From Octopus sinensis (lineage: Eukaryota): DNA of 64,000 bases. The DNA is taken from assembly GCF_006345805.1 (NCBI RefSeq), contig NC_043009.1, forward strand, positions 40,362,001 to 40,426,000, in the 5' to 3' direction. The position numbers and the translations under genes were made by a program. Positions within the stretch are counted from its first letter, which is position 1. Every line of letters starts with the position of its first letter. The notes under the pieces were generated by a model. It was not told where the DNA came from, made no database searches, and saw nothing but the letters and a program-made list of their open reading frames with translations. Positions 38,572 to 52,108 of this stretch are shown here, one piece after another.

Positions 38572-38720
38572 CAAATAAGAAAATGGAGGAGAGCAATAGG
38601 TGGTTCATCAACTTTTTTATTTATTAAACTGATAATATAAGTATTCTTAGGTGTGATAGGTATGTCCTTCAGTGACGAGTCCATCTTTATCAACTCCATT
38701 TTTCTAACAGTATTCATTTT
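38570..38720 (-). mobile_element. Penelope-like element ORF N-terminal fragment
   Basis: SSLKDIPITPKNTYIISLINKK..ALLHFL resembles the PLE N-terminal SLKNIPIP...YL..LI.K...MRW.A.FF motif. Confidence 0.55.
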
Positions 38721-38806
38721 GAGGGTCTATCATACCATACTCAAATGTACAGACTCTCATCAGCAATATTCTAAATAATGCATAGATAGCTTATATTACA
38801 TACAAT

Positions 38807-38890
<84 letters not shown>

Positions 38891-38914
38891 CATACATTTA
38901 TATATATATCATAC

Positions 38915-38967
<53 letters not shown>

Positions 38968-39007
38968 GTATGTATGTGTATTTGACGAATAATTTGTTGA
39001 GATTCAT

Positions 39008-39061
39008 GTTCATCTGATGAAGGGTCATTGCCGCGCTCCACCTGAAAACTCGTAATCGAAC
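39008..39061 (+). ncRNA. type-I hammerhead-like motif with canonical core
   Basis: GTTCAT-CTGATGA-AGG...CCT-GAAA-ACTCG-TA-AT(C)GAAC. Confidence 0.5.
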
Positions 39062-39582
39062 TACGGCAGTGAACTCCCGAAATAGCCATAGATGTGTTTG
39101 ACTTGATTTTGTGGACTCCAACCTAACATGGTTTTCATGAAAGGAACTGTTTTGACATATATTTTTTTGCTTGATGGGAGTAAGAAAAATCTTTTTAGAC
39201 AATTGATATTTTATTTTATTTAGATTTTTAGTCGCATGACACGCTTCAGAATTTTTTGTCGACTGTATATACCTTCTTGATAGGCCGTTCTATTTATCTA
39301 TTTTTATTTGCATATATATTTTTTACCTTCTGTTTTTATATATATATGTATTCTTTATTTGTTGAAAGGTGATGGTAATATTTATATATGATCAAATGTT
39401 TGGGGGCGTGGTGTTATGTATAAAGTCGTTGCCTCGAATTTGATGTTTGTTCTCTGATCAATGTTTTTTCTTATCTGTCTCAATTACATTTGAGCATTTC
39501 TTTTTTGCAGTCTTACAAAACCTTTTGTCTCCATAAAACAGAAGCAAAAATTATCTCTTTTCTTATATGTATATGTGTGTGT

Positions 39583-39652
<70 letters not shown>

Positions 39653-40202
39653 ATCTGTGTATATGAATGGTGTGTATGTGTGTATATGCATATATATATA
39701 TATATGCAAATATACAAACATATATACATACACACATACACACACGCACATACACACGTGCATACGCACACACACACGCATACACACAAGTAGATATATA
39801 GACATGTACAACACTGACTTTCCAGAGACTGTTGCTCCAAAGACTCTTATAACCGGCACTAATTTTTGAGGAGAAACTTCAAATTCCCGCCGCCGCGCTA
39901 TCCTAAGCAGACTTATGCCTTACATTTTACTGTGTTGATCATTTACACTAATGTATGGGCACATGTGTTTAATTCGCTTACTTAAGTAAATTTAATATTT
40001 GTTCAATTTAGAGTATGACTACCCCTAATTCAGAAACAATCAGTAACCGTGAATGGACTGGAAGACAAATGTACTAGAAAGTCGATACTCGTTTTGTATA
40101 CACGTATGTATGCTTATACATACACGTAAACATATACATGCATACCTGCAAATATGTGAGCGCGCGCATATTTGTTTGTGTGTGTGTATGCGCGCGTGCA
40201 GA

Positions 40203-41068
40203 TACAAGGGGGTGCTCAAAATGATCCGGAATTTTGCAATATCATTTCATTCAGTTAGTTTTATATACTTCAAAGTATTCTTCATTTGAAGCAGTTTTCA
40301 CTGTTCGAAGCAGTGCTGGAACTCTGGTGAAATGACGCCTTTTAACGTCCCCGTCGATGTTTTTTTCCTTCCACATCTGCAAATTCCGTAGCATCAGCTT
40401 TCATGACCAGTGATGACCTTCGAAAAAAAGGCCCGGATCAACTTCTAACTGTTCTTTCAGTTCACGACACGCATTCAGTCGTGACTGTCTTTCATCTTCC
40501 GTCAGGCGAAAATTTTGCTGCAACTCTTTTCACTCGCAATTCCTCGCTCAAAAATCGTTGGCAGGAGCTCCAGGACACACCAGTCATATCAATAAGTTTG
40601 TCGATTTTTCAGCGACGGTCCTCCATGATCAGTTCATGAATTTTCCTGATGTTTTAACTCCTATGAGAGGTCGACGATCGTCCTGAACAAGGTTGGTCCT
40701 CAAGCGACAAGTGACCATGCCTACAGCGTGGAAACCACTAGTAAACTTCTGTTTTTCTTATACTAGCGTCCTTATAAGCTGTTTGAAGCACGATAACGGT
40801 TTCGGTCGCTGTTTTCCCCAGCACCAAACAGAATTTCACAGAAGCACGCTGTTTCTTCGTTTCAGCCATCGCAAAAAATCGACGAACAAGAAAGAAGCAC
40901 TGCAAAACAAAGACGTACCAACTGGCAGTATGATTCCCACTAAACAACGCCTGTCGGCAGTCTGATGCCTGAGGATTGCATCAAGTGAGTTCTAGCGGCG
41001 GAAGCCCGAGATACAGCGAGCTTGTCCTACAGAAAATGTTTCCGTTTACTTTTGTGTACCCCCTGTAG
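40203..41068 (-). mobile_element. internally deleted mariner
   Basis: KQRASVKFCLVLGKTATETVIVLQTAYKDA, RVAAKF, KVITGHES; imperfect TIRs TACAAGGGGGTGCTCAAAA / TTTTGTGTACCCCCTGTA. Confidence 0.88.
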
Positions 41069-41094
41069 CTAGCTAGCTTGCTAGCTTGCTAGCT

Positions 41095-41169
<75 letters not shown>

Positions 41170-41182
41170 CAGAAAGACAGAC

Positions 41183-41261
<79 letters not shown>
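41095..41261. repeat. (TAGA)n array
   Basis: Direct sequence. Confidence 0.95.
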
Positions 41262-41263
<2 letters not shown>

Positions 41264-41483
41264 CGAGGGGATGATGAAAGGTTCCTGGTTTTAAGGATCT
41301 CGCGAAAGGCCTAGTTGGAGGCCCAACTTTCTAAGTTCTTTTACAGGGTTTAGAAAAAAATGAAGGACCGCTGCAGTAAGTATGTGAATCTAAGAGGGGT
41401 ACATGTCGAATAAAATCCTAATTAATTGATCCTCCTGTATTTTCTTTGACCCAAAGCCAGGAACTTTTCAGCACTCTCTCGTA
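41262..41483. mobile_element. mariner-type MITE
   Basis: TIRs TACGAGGGGATGATGAAAGGTTCCTGGTTT / AAAGCCAGGAACTTTTCAGCACTCTCTCGTA; no coding capacity. Confidence 0.85.
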
Positions 41484-42787
41484 CATATATCATTTTAAAT
41501 TAGAATCTCAAGCTTCTTCACTCAATACACTGAGTTTTCTGTTACCGCTTATTAAAAGAATCGTACAAGAGAAGAAGCGAGTGAAGGAAGCAAAAATTTT
41601 TCTTCGCGATAGTAGTAAGAAAAGAACTTTACAAAAAAAAAGATGCATCACACATTTACGTATTGTGTTGTTATACAGAGAACAAATGATATCTTCAGCC
41701 ATTCGTGTGATAGTTTGATGCTTTCAATATCATGTGTAAAGTATTTGAGAAAGACAACTAATTAGATGAATATATGAGGAATTTTCTAACGTGCTTTTAG
41801 TGCAGCCAATGAAATGTCCATGACTAAGCATTTTTCTTGTGTGTGTGTGCGTATGTGTGTACGCGTGCACCTGTGTGTTTTCGAATATTCTTTCTCATAA
41901 AATGTCACGTTGCTTTTCTTCCTCAATTGTTCAAATAACTCCAATGTAGAAAGTTAGAGGAACGATTCAAGAAGCTGCAGCAGCTACGAATACAAAGAAA
42001 TACCAATTCCTCTTCATATTTACTTTCTTCTTTGGACTGCCGAACGTTCTTTTCTACATTGGTAAAGATAAATCTTCACCAGTATATATACTTACCTACC
42101 TACCTACCAACCTATCTACCTATCTACCTACCGAATACACACACACACAAACACACACACACACACACATACACACATATTGTGTGAATGTGTGTGTGTT
42201 GTTAGTGAGTGTTGCTGACCTCATAAGAATTTATAAACTTTCGAGAGAACGCCAATTAATACTTTTTTTAAAAAAACACCGCATCCCAATCATATACAGA
42301 AACAAATAATAGCATATAAATATTAAGTTTAAAAGCCCCTTTTGCGTAGAAGACTTCGAATTCTTCTATAAAACAGGGATTTGTTTCTGTGCTTCAAGAT
42401 CTACTGTTCCAAAATATCTATGTACGTATATACAAATGTGTGTGTGTAGGGGTGTACGTAGTACTTGTATGTATAAATGTATGCATGTATGTTATATGCA
42501 ATATAAGCTTTCTGTCACTTAGAAACAAGTTCGATAAGGTAGCTTGAACTAAGCTCCAGCTAATAATTTTAGACCCTTATGAAATTGTGAATAAAAAGAG
42601 ATTTCTCGGTTCTTTCCAGGGGAAAATCGGGGGTATAACAGCTGGAGGGGAAAGGGGCCTATGCCTACACATAACTGGTATCCTCTTTCAGCTGAGTAAA
42701 GAGGAGGAAAGTGAAATTACAAGCCTTACTCAAGGACAAAGCGGGTCAAGTTATCAAACACACGACCTTATGATTGTGAAACCTTAA

Positions 42788-42805
42788 TCTATACATATAA
42801 AGCTG

Positions 42806-42836
<31 letters not shown>

Positions 42837-43238
42837 GCAGGTTTGGTAGCCTTCAATTAACACTATCTCCTCCGAGGCCCTACGGCGCAAGTTGATCAAA
42901 ATTGAGAGCATGATAGAAGGCTTGCTCTTCACACCGTAGAAGAAAAGATTCAAATCGGACCATGTTAAGACCAAAAAATATTTACATCAAAAAAGGGGCT
43001 TTTATTTCTATGAAAATCCCTATATTTTATGATATTTTGACTGCCGTGTCACCATTTTTCGGTGTATTTCAACCAGAAAAATGTTCACTTAAAGAGAATA
43101 ACAAGCTACATAATGCAAAATGTTTACTTTTCAAAAAAGATTGAAACTATGTAAAAACTTTGTTAACGCGACATCAAAGTCTGCCGTTTTAAGCGCAACT
43201 AAAAAACAAACCCGAGCAACGCCGGGCTATACTGCTAG
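42788..43238 (+). mobile_element. non-autonomous Helitron, second copy
   Basis: A|TC...CCCGAGCAACGCCGGG...CTAG|T; body homologous to 17927-18312. Confidence 0.85.
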
Positions 43239-43437
43239 TTCTATCAATAAGGCAACGCACTGTCTCCAGTATGCATATACAATTGCACGCATAGCTGTGT
43301 TAAGAAGTTCGCTTTACAAGCTCGAGGTTTCCAGTTCAGTCTCACTGCAAAGCACCTTGACAAAGTGTTTTCTAGTACAGCCCCGAACCAACTAATGTCT
43401 TATGAGTGAACTTGATAGACGGAGACATCGTATATAT

Positions 43438-43492
<55 letters not shown>

Positions 43493-43915
43493 GGATGTAT
43501 GTCTCTGTGTCTATATTTCTCCCCACCCTTGACACTGCTTGAAACCCGAAGTTGGTTTGTTTATATCCTCCTAGGTCACTAATTCTGTATAGAGTTCGAT
43601 AGAATAAGTGCGAGGCTTAAAAAATTACTGGTATCGATTTCTTCAATAAACCCTTCCACGAGTTGTCCCAGAATGGTCTCAGTCCAAGAAGAAAAAAAAG
43701 GGAAATATACCTGTGTTGTGTGTGTGTTTTTGAATGTTCATGCGTGTATGTGAGTGTGTGTGAATGTATGTGCGTATGCACGCGCGCTTTTGTGTATGGT
43801 GTGTGTGTGTGTGTATGTGTGTGTGTGCAAAGCGATTTTAATAGCGTTTAGAATACGAAAAGCAAACTAAGCTGTTTGTAAAGATATTCTCAATACATAT
43901 ATCCATATATATACA

Positions 43916-43954
<39 letters not shown>

Positions 43955-43979
43955 ATATATATATACACCTATATATACA

Positions 43980-44020
<41 letters not shown>

Positions 44021-44844
44021 CCTGCAAGTTAATGCCATTATCAGGTAAAACACCTTGATGTTATTTATGAATCTCTGCTCTTAAACATATATTATTCTTG
44101 GTTATTGCTTGTTTCTAATCTAGGGGTCACTATTATCAGGATCGTTTGCAAAAGGTTATAATAATATCTCGATAACACTAAAACCCGTGTGACATTTAAC
44201 GAAATCTACTCCAGTTTCCAACCAACGGTATCGTATCAAGCATGATTGATAGTTTTCTACACCGTATTAGATAAGGAGAAAGTTTCGTTTTCTCGGCCAA
44301 AACGCTTTTTATATCGCATGTTTTACTGTCACTGAACATCACTTTTCTCTCTTAACTCGATAAGAAAATGGGGGAAGGAATACTTTGACTCTAAGGTAAA
44401 ACACCAAGCTTCCAAGTTAAGAACGTACGTTAGTGTTATAATTGGAAGTTACTGCGTTTAGTATGAAAAACACTCTACAAATTGGAGTGCGATAAGAAAC
44501 ATAATATAAATGTACTATTCGGTTATTAACATTATTATAATCCTATAATTTTTCGGTAAGGACAGGAGAAACCACTTCCTTAATTGTTGGTGTTATTCTC
44601 ATCTCTTAGGGAATAAACGCCTTCACTGTACTTCAAGAAAACGAAACGAATTAATTATTGGATAAACATTTCCATTTACGTAAGCAAATAGAACTTATTA
44701 TAATTATTTATGTAGTTGCGTAACTCTTATACGATTTTCCAAAATATCACGAAACTCGTACCGATGATTTACGGACAAACAGCTAATACACAAATTTTCA
44801 TAACACATTCAGTGAAAGAAGAAGTGGTTTAGAAAATTTATTAG

Positions 44845-44901
<57 letters not shown>

Positions 44902-44904
44902 AAA

Positions 44905-45211
44905 AACTGGTACTCCGTCGGTTACCACGATGAGGGTTCCGGTTGATCCGACCAACGGAACAGCTTGCTCGTGAAATTAACGTGCAAGTGTCTTAGCACT
45001 CCACAGACATGCGTACCCATAACGTAGTTCTCAGGGAGATTCAGCGTGACACAGAATGTGACAAGAAGACCCTTTGAAATACAGCCACTACTCATTTTTT
45101 GCTAGCTGAGTGAGCTGGAGCAACGTGAAATAAAGTGGCTTGCTCAAGCACACAACGCGTCACCGGAAATTGATCACACGACCTTATGATCGTGAGCCGA
45201 ACACCCTAACC
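44905..45211 (-). mobile_element. SINE type C (CORE-like) with tail Y
   Basis: CORE-like body joined to the CTGTATTTCAAAGGG...CGACGGAGTACC tail shared with the type D copies at 9279 and 55791. Confidence 0.85.
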
Positions 45212-46725
45212 CCTATATATGTATGTGAATGCACGTCTATGCGTACGTGTGACTGTATGTGGGTTCGCGGTTTCCCCCACCCTCGCTTTAAAACTGGTGT
45301 TAGTTTGTTTACGTCCACGTAACATAATGTCTCGGCAAAAAAAAGCCGGTAGACTAAACAGAAAACTTTAAAAGTATGTACAGGGGTTCGACATTAATGG
45401 ACTAAACCTTTCAATACGGTGTCCCAACCTGGCTGCAGGTCAATGATTGAAAGAATGAAAAAAAATGATAGAAGATAAGAAAGCCTAGCTATGAGAAGAA
45501 TACAAGAATGCAAGCATTTCCTTCTATGCTTTTTCCCAACGCATCATTTCACGTTTGTTTATAGCTCTTCAGAGTAATCGTATCCAATTGATGGCATTGT
45601 GTATTACCTCCCGTACAGTATCCATCACAGTCCTAGCAATATATTGGATACTGTAATTCACGCTGTAATGTGTATTAAATATATATTGCTGACCTAAGGA
45701 CCAGCTGTGTAAAACACAAATGCACAAATTGCGCTACAGGAACCAGAATAAGAGAACGGATATTATCTACCGGCGTGAATCATCTAATCACCTAACGCAG
45801 TCTGGAAAGAAATACAGCCAACAGATGAAAAGGCTATTTATTGGATATGTCTGAAGCGGTTCGTGGACCCTGGGTAGGCACGTAATGTATAGGAGTGAGG
45901 TAGGTACCTGTTTGCCTATATTGTTCAATTGGAGCAGTATTTGAAATCTGCTGATGTTCCCGAGATTGAGGACTTAAAATCGAATGTCGACGGCTAAATA
46001 CCAGTCAGTTGATCCAGTAGATAACATGTCAGTTCAGTTCGCTGTAAAATGAGAAGAAGGCCCCAGAACGGTTTGTTTTCTTTTTTTTACTGCCGTCTAG
46101 TATACAGATCGTTTGCTTGGCATCACTTGCAAAAGCAACCTGCTGACAAGTCTCCAGCATAGAGGCTGCTTATGGACTTACTGTTATATGTAGTAGCTGA
46201 ACACTCTATGATATCGATTGTGGAATGAAATTTGGTAGTTTTCTCTGAGGATTACTAAACAAATAGTTAAACGGTCAGTTAAGAGACTTTCCTCCTTATT
46301 TCACACAGTAAAAGCACTAAAGAAATATTCTTGCAACATATTTTTGTCATCGCTAATGATTTTCTAGTGCTTACAATTTATTTAAGTACTCCTAACTCAC
46401 GTTGTGTTCTGCATAAAGTATATATTATTCATATCATGACTAATTATTTTCAGAATGCTGAAAAGCATATGTTTATTAAATAAGTTATTTTATCAAGTTT
46501 CTTAATTACCGTGAATTTATTCTTTCCTGTTCTACACATTAATTCTTAAATGGATATCTTTCCGTTTGTCTTTTTTTTTGCGTGTGAGTGTGAGACTCAT
46601 TAATCATTACTCCGCCAAGTATAGGTAAGCTATGTTCCCTAGGGTAAACAAAACTAGGAGCCAGTATGTGACTAGAGTTCTCCTGTACTTTCCAAATAAT
46701 AATAATAATAATAATAATAATAATC

Positions 46726-46796
<71 letters not shown>

Positions 46797-46913
46797 GATT
46801 TCAAATTTTGCCACAAGGGCAGCAATTTTGGGAGAGGGGATGAGTCGATTAAATCGACCCCAATGTTTAACTGGTAGTTATTTTATCGACCTCGTAAGGA
46901 TGATGAAAGGTAA

Positions 46914-47280
46914 GGCGGCGAGCTGGCAGAAACGTTGGCACGCCGGGCGAAATGCTTAGCGGTATTTCGTCTGCCGTTACGTTCTGAGTTCAAATTCCGC
47001 CGAGGTCGACTTTGCCTTTCATCCTTTCGGGTTCGATAAATTAAGTACCAGTTACACACCAGGGTCGATATAATCGACTTAATCCGTTTGTCTATCCTTG
47101 TTTTTCCTCTGTGTTTAGCCCCTTGTGGGTAGTAAAGAAACAGGTATTTCATCTGCCTTTATGTTCGACTTTGCCTTTCATCCTTTCGGGGTCTATAAAT
47201 TAAGTACCAGTTGTGTACTGGAGTCGATCTAATCAGCAGATCCCATCCCCTAAAATTTCTGGCCTTGCGCCTAGAATAGA
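46914..47280 (+). mobile_element. SINE type B dimer, second unit partly deleted
   Basis: GGCGGCGAGCTGGCAGAAACGTT head; junction near 47143. Confidence 0.88.
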
Positions 47281-47340
47281 AAAAAAAAGAGAATGATGAA
47301 AGGTAAAGCTAAAGCCGACCTCGGCAGAATTTGAGTTCAA

Positions 47341-47459
47341 AGTGAATCATTCAAACCCCCAAAGAATTATTCACGAAAAAATGGTTATGCTGCTCACCCA
47401 CTATTCCTGTTCGTGATCAGGGACATGTTGAAGTGTTTACGGTCAAGCAACCGACAAAA

Positions 47460-47511
<52 letters not shown>

Positions 47512-47555
47512 CCACCACCATCATCATCATCATCATTATATTATTATTATTATTA

Positions 47556-47597
<42 letters not shown>

Positions 47598-48379
47598 CAA
47601 AGCAGTGAGGTGGCAGAATCGTTAGCACGTCGGGCGAAATGCTAATTGGTATTTCGCCCGTTGCTACGTTCTGAGCTCAAATTCCGCCGATGTCGGCTTT
47701 GCCTTTCATCCTTTCGGGGTCGATTAAATAAGTACCAGTTACGCACTGGGGTCGATATAATCGACTTAATCCGTTTGTCTGTCCATTTTTGCTCTCTCTG
47801 TGCTTAGCCCCTTTTGGGTAGTAAAGATGAGATGAATACCTATTTCTTTACTACCCACAAGGGGCTAAGCACAGAGAGAACAAACAAGGACAGACAAACG
47901 GATTAAGCCGATCCTATCGAACCCAGTGCGTAACTGGTACTTATTTAATCGACCCCGAAAGGATGAAAGGCAAAGTCGACATCGGCGGAATTTGAACTCA
48001 GAACGTAGCAGCGGGCGAAATACCAATTAGCATTTCGCCCGGCGTGCTAACGATTCTGCCACCTCACTGCTTTGATAATAATAATAATGATGATAATAGG
48101 TATGATAAAAAAGGGATGTCAGAAACACCTAGACAATATCCTTGGAGAACCAATGTCTCAAGGAAATCCAAAAGATTGCGCTAACAAGTACTGCCCACAT
48201 CCTTAGAAAAACCCTATCAATGTAAATGTTTGTGTTTGTATTACATGGAGATATTTCTCTACTACCCCTCCCCAAGCTTTCAGCTATATTTCAACAACTC
48301 TTAACCTTCACTTGCCCTAGGGCGCTGGGTGTGCTTCGGCAGGTGATTGCATCAAACATGCAGATTAAAAGTAAATGAC

Positions 48380-48434
<55 letters not shown>

Positions 48435-48582
48435 GTGGTGGTGATGATGATGATGATGATTTTTTTTGTCGGTTGCTTGACCGTAAACACTTCAACATGC
48501 CCCTGATCACGAACAGGAATAGTGGGTGAGCAGCATAACCATTTTTTCGTGAATAATTCTTTGGGGGTTTGAATGATTCACT
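47341..48582. repeat. genomic palindrome: arms 47341-47827 / 47845-48582, 17-nt spacer
   Basis: Arms match over a non-SINE element end, microsatellites and a type B SINE carrying shared private variants. Confidence 0.93.
48098..48379 (+). mobile_element. R4/Dong LINE 3' end inserted in (AAT)n
   Basis: GMIKKGCQKHLDNI...LKEIQKIALTSTAHILRKTLSM* (with frameshift), 3' UTR, (AAT)n on both sides. Confidence 0.85.
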
Positions 48583-48815
48583 CTGGAAACATGTTATTTC
48601 GTTTACCATCGCCAAACAAACCTTATTCAGAGATCTTTCGAGTGGGATGGACTACTCGACCTAAAGAAAATTCTAACTCGGCCCGTACCTGCAAAATCAT
48701 GCACTGCTTATCTTGATGTGAGGTCAACATGTCGCACACACATGGTTGTAACGCATGAGCCTGGTGTGCAGTTATCAGACGGGTAGTCATGATGGGTATA
48801 TTGGGTTTCGTATAT
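48455..48815 (-). mobile_element. unclassified retroposon with (CAT)n tail
   Basis: GC-richer ~360-bp segment ending in a (CAT)n tail; its last ~120 bp are duplicated at 47341-47465. Confidence 0.5.
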
Positions 48816-48890
48816 CTGTATCCAGCGTAATTTTTCTTTCGCGTGCTGCTCTCTCACTGAATGATGACAACAGCAACCATCATCATCATC

Positions 48891-48948
<58 letters not shown>

Positions 48949-50499
48949 TAATAATTACAGTCAAGCGATATTTTATATATTTTGTATATCTTTTCCTAAC
49001 TGCAGAACTATTTCGATTTAACTTTTTTAATACTCGATGCATTAAATAGGTTAACACTAACTTAACTTATCTATTGTGTCCGCGTAGTTGATGACCCTGA
49101 GTTATTTAATTTCTGCAGTAAACTTGTTTACTTAGCTGATATAAAACGTTCTCAAACGCGTCTCTTGCATTCATGAGCTATGCTTTCGGTAAAGTTCAGC
49201 AAAGTGGAAATTTTATCAATAGACATTTTGTTAAACGCTTAGTTTTATATTTTTTTAACCGAAAAACAAGTTGATTTGTGCAAACACTATAATATCACAC
49301 TGTTATTGTATTGTTTTGCTTTACAGACCAATGGTAGATACAAAGAAACTAGAAAAAAAACATCATTTCAGAGAAAAAAAAACATCATTTCAAACAAGAA
49401 TTTTTGTTAGATATTGACTCATGACTTGTAAAACAAGACCATTGGAAAAAAAAATTAGTATTTTATTGCGTGATAACTTCCCATTGAAAATTTAATTTAT
49501 ATTTTTCCTAGCTTCCATTCTCCTTGATTGACTTGAACCTGTATCTTTTTCCTTTGAAGTTTAATACCAAATTAATGATTCTGTTAGTCTGGCAAAGAGA
49601 GGACATTTTTGATTTTAACGATTCTTCCCAGTAAAAGGAAATGATAGGTGGAATGGTTCAATAGATCAGAAAAGAGATGACCAAAGATTAAAATGGTTGG
49701 TTAATCAAAATAATAGAACAAAGACCATAACTTTCTGTTTCTGAAAGCTGAAGCTGAAATATTAAGTGTGGGCTGTTTGTGTCTCTCAAAGAGAATGAGA
49801 ATTAGTACCTTGTGTGGTTTCATAATAGGTCTGCTATTCTCAACGGAGAGAAACTCAGCTGCCAAAATTTAAATAAATCCGTAAATTTCAAATAAAATGC
49901 CGTCAGTTATCGCGACTATAGGCTGGCTGTCCTCCGAACATAATCTGTTCATGGTGATTAAAACTTTAATCAACACTATTGCTTCATACAAATATCACAC
50001 GAAGAGTAACAATATAATGAACATGCACGTGACGAAAGTAATTTATTTACTAAATCACATAGCTTCAGAACTAAATACTTTGCGTAAATGTTCTCATATA
50101 ATTGTACGTGAAACTGAAACGGAGTGGGCCGTAGACACCAATAAAATATCAAGAAGGATATGATAAACAATAGTAGATCCATTCATTATCATTTGCTTAT
50201 AGCATTTTCAATTCTTCAATCTATCCTCAAAGTTGCTGAGTAGGTTCAAACTCGATATTTCATTGATAATTTCAAGAGATTAAAACGTGTTCACCTAGTT
50301 CAAATTCTACTCAAGCCAACGTTAATTTATCTCGCTTTAAACAGCAGTGTCGTCCTGTCCAGAAAAGAGATAAGATTTGATGTTCAGAAAACTACAATCT
50401 CTCACATTGTCTTGCACGCTATATACAAACACATACACAACACAAGACACACACGCAAGCACACATATACACACACGCGCGCGCACAAACACATACACT

Positions 50500-50541
<42 letters not shown>

Positions 50542-50555
50542 TATATATATATACA

Positions 50556-50588
<33 letters not shown>

Positions 50589-50658
50589 ACATACATACAT
50601 ATATATATATTCCTTATAAATTTTGAATTTCTCCGTCTAGAACTTTCATATATATATT

Positions 50659-50734
50659 GTCTCTGGTGACGGAATATCCAGTGTACGGACATGCTAGCCT
50701 ATCACTTGGAATATTTCAGAAATAGCTGTAAGAC
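50659..50734 (+). ncRNA. type-I hammerhead-like motif, core CUGGUGA, long stem II
   Basis: GTCT-CTGGTGA-CGGAATATCCAGTG...CACTTGGAATATTTCA-GAAA-TAGCTG-TA-AGAC. Confidence 0.6.
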
Positions 50735-51020
50735 TTCAAATTTACCCAAATTAAATTATTCTAAATGACTTGAGATACTCGTCCTGCTTTGGTTTTTGTT
50801 GCCCTTCCCCGCCCCAAATAGAAAATACACCTGTTAACACGGAATCTTAATACGGATCCCTAGCTCCAGCCTCAGCTGTGAACTTCGGACCTAACGGATG
50901 ATCAATTATAACACTTACCCAACGTACCTATTCGTTTAGATCACCAGACCACCAGTGAACTAAACCGACACACAAACATATACACACACATACATATATA
51001 GCTATATACATACATACATA

Positions 51021-51181
51021 CCGCGGGCTTCTTTCAGTTTACGTTTACCAAATCCACTTACAAGGCTTTAGTCGGACTGAAGCTATTGTAGAAGACACTT
51101 AGACACATGCCCAAGGTGCCACGCAGTGGGACTGAACCCGGAACCATATGGTTCGTAAGCAAGTTACTTACCACACAGCCG
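51021..51181 (-). mobile_element. 5' half of SINE type A
   Basis: GGCTGTGTGGTAAGTAACTTGC head through GAAAGAAGCCCG. Confidence 0.85.
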
Positions 51182-51581
51182 CTATATATATATATATATA
51201 TAAAGTCAAAATAAAGTCAAAATAATCGGCCGAACTGTCCGTCTCTCTCTAACCTCGTGTTGATATTTACCGTGCAGTTCGACAAATTATATTTTTGACG
51301 TACTCTACTGAAGATTCGAAGATATTTATGTAAGTAAAATTACATAATATATTAACGATGAAACAATTGTATAGGGTTAATCTATTTTCGTTATTTTTCA
51401 TTTGTCTTGCTCGATTACGTTCTTGGTGTGTTGAATTATTTCTTGAGAACAATTCTTAGTGGTGGATTCCCTTTGCGGATCTATATCTAGCGCAAGAGCG
51501 TCCACATAGTGGACTCTCTCTTATAGTTGCATTTATATGTATATAAAGAGAGAGAGAGAGAGAGAGAGAGAAAATAGATAA

Positions 51582-51647
<66 letters not shown>

Positions 51648-52000
51648 GTGTGTTCGCGTTCGTGTGCGTATATAGTTTACAATAAAACATTGAAATGTAT
51701 TTCGGTATACGTTAATCATTTCACGCATTGTATTTTTCATAGTTATGTCACATGACCACTACATAATATATTCCTGCACGTAATTAGTTTAATTATACAT
51801 ATGTGATATTATAATATTTCAACTCAGATATTGTATTGCAATTACTGAATAATATTAGATATTAGTATAATTAAATTCTTTATACTCATTAATTCAATAC
51901 ACGTCCATGTACCTTAATGAATTTGCCAAATTAACCTAACTGGCTGCAAGAAAATAATGAACTGAACTGAACATCCATTTTCTCTTCCCTTACCTGTCTC

Positions 52001-52108
<108 letters not shown>

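Noticed and set aside
38720-38775. Minus-strand CTGATGA-GAGTC...GACCCTC-AAAA upstream of the Penelope ORF
   Set aside because: G12 is absent and stem I does not pair; at most a dead remnant.
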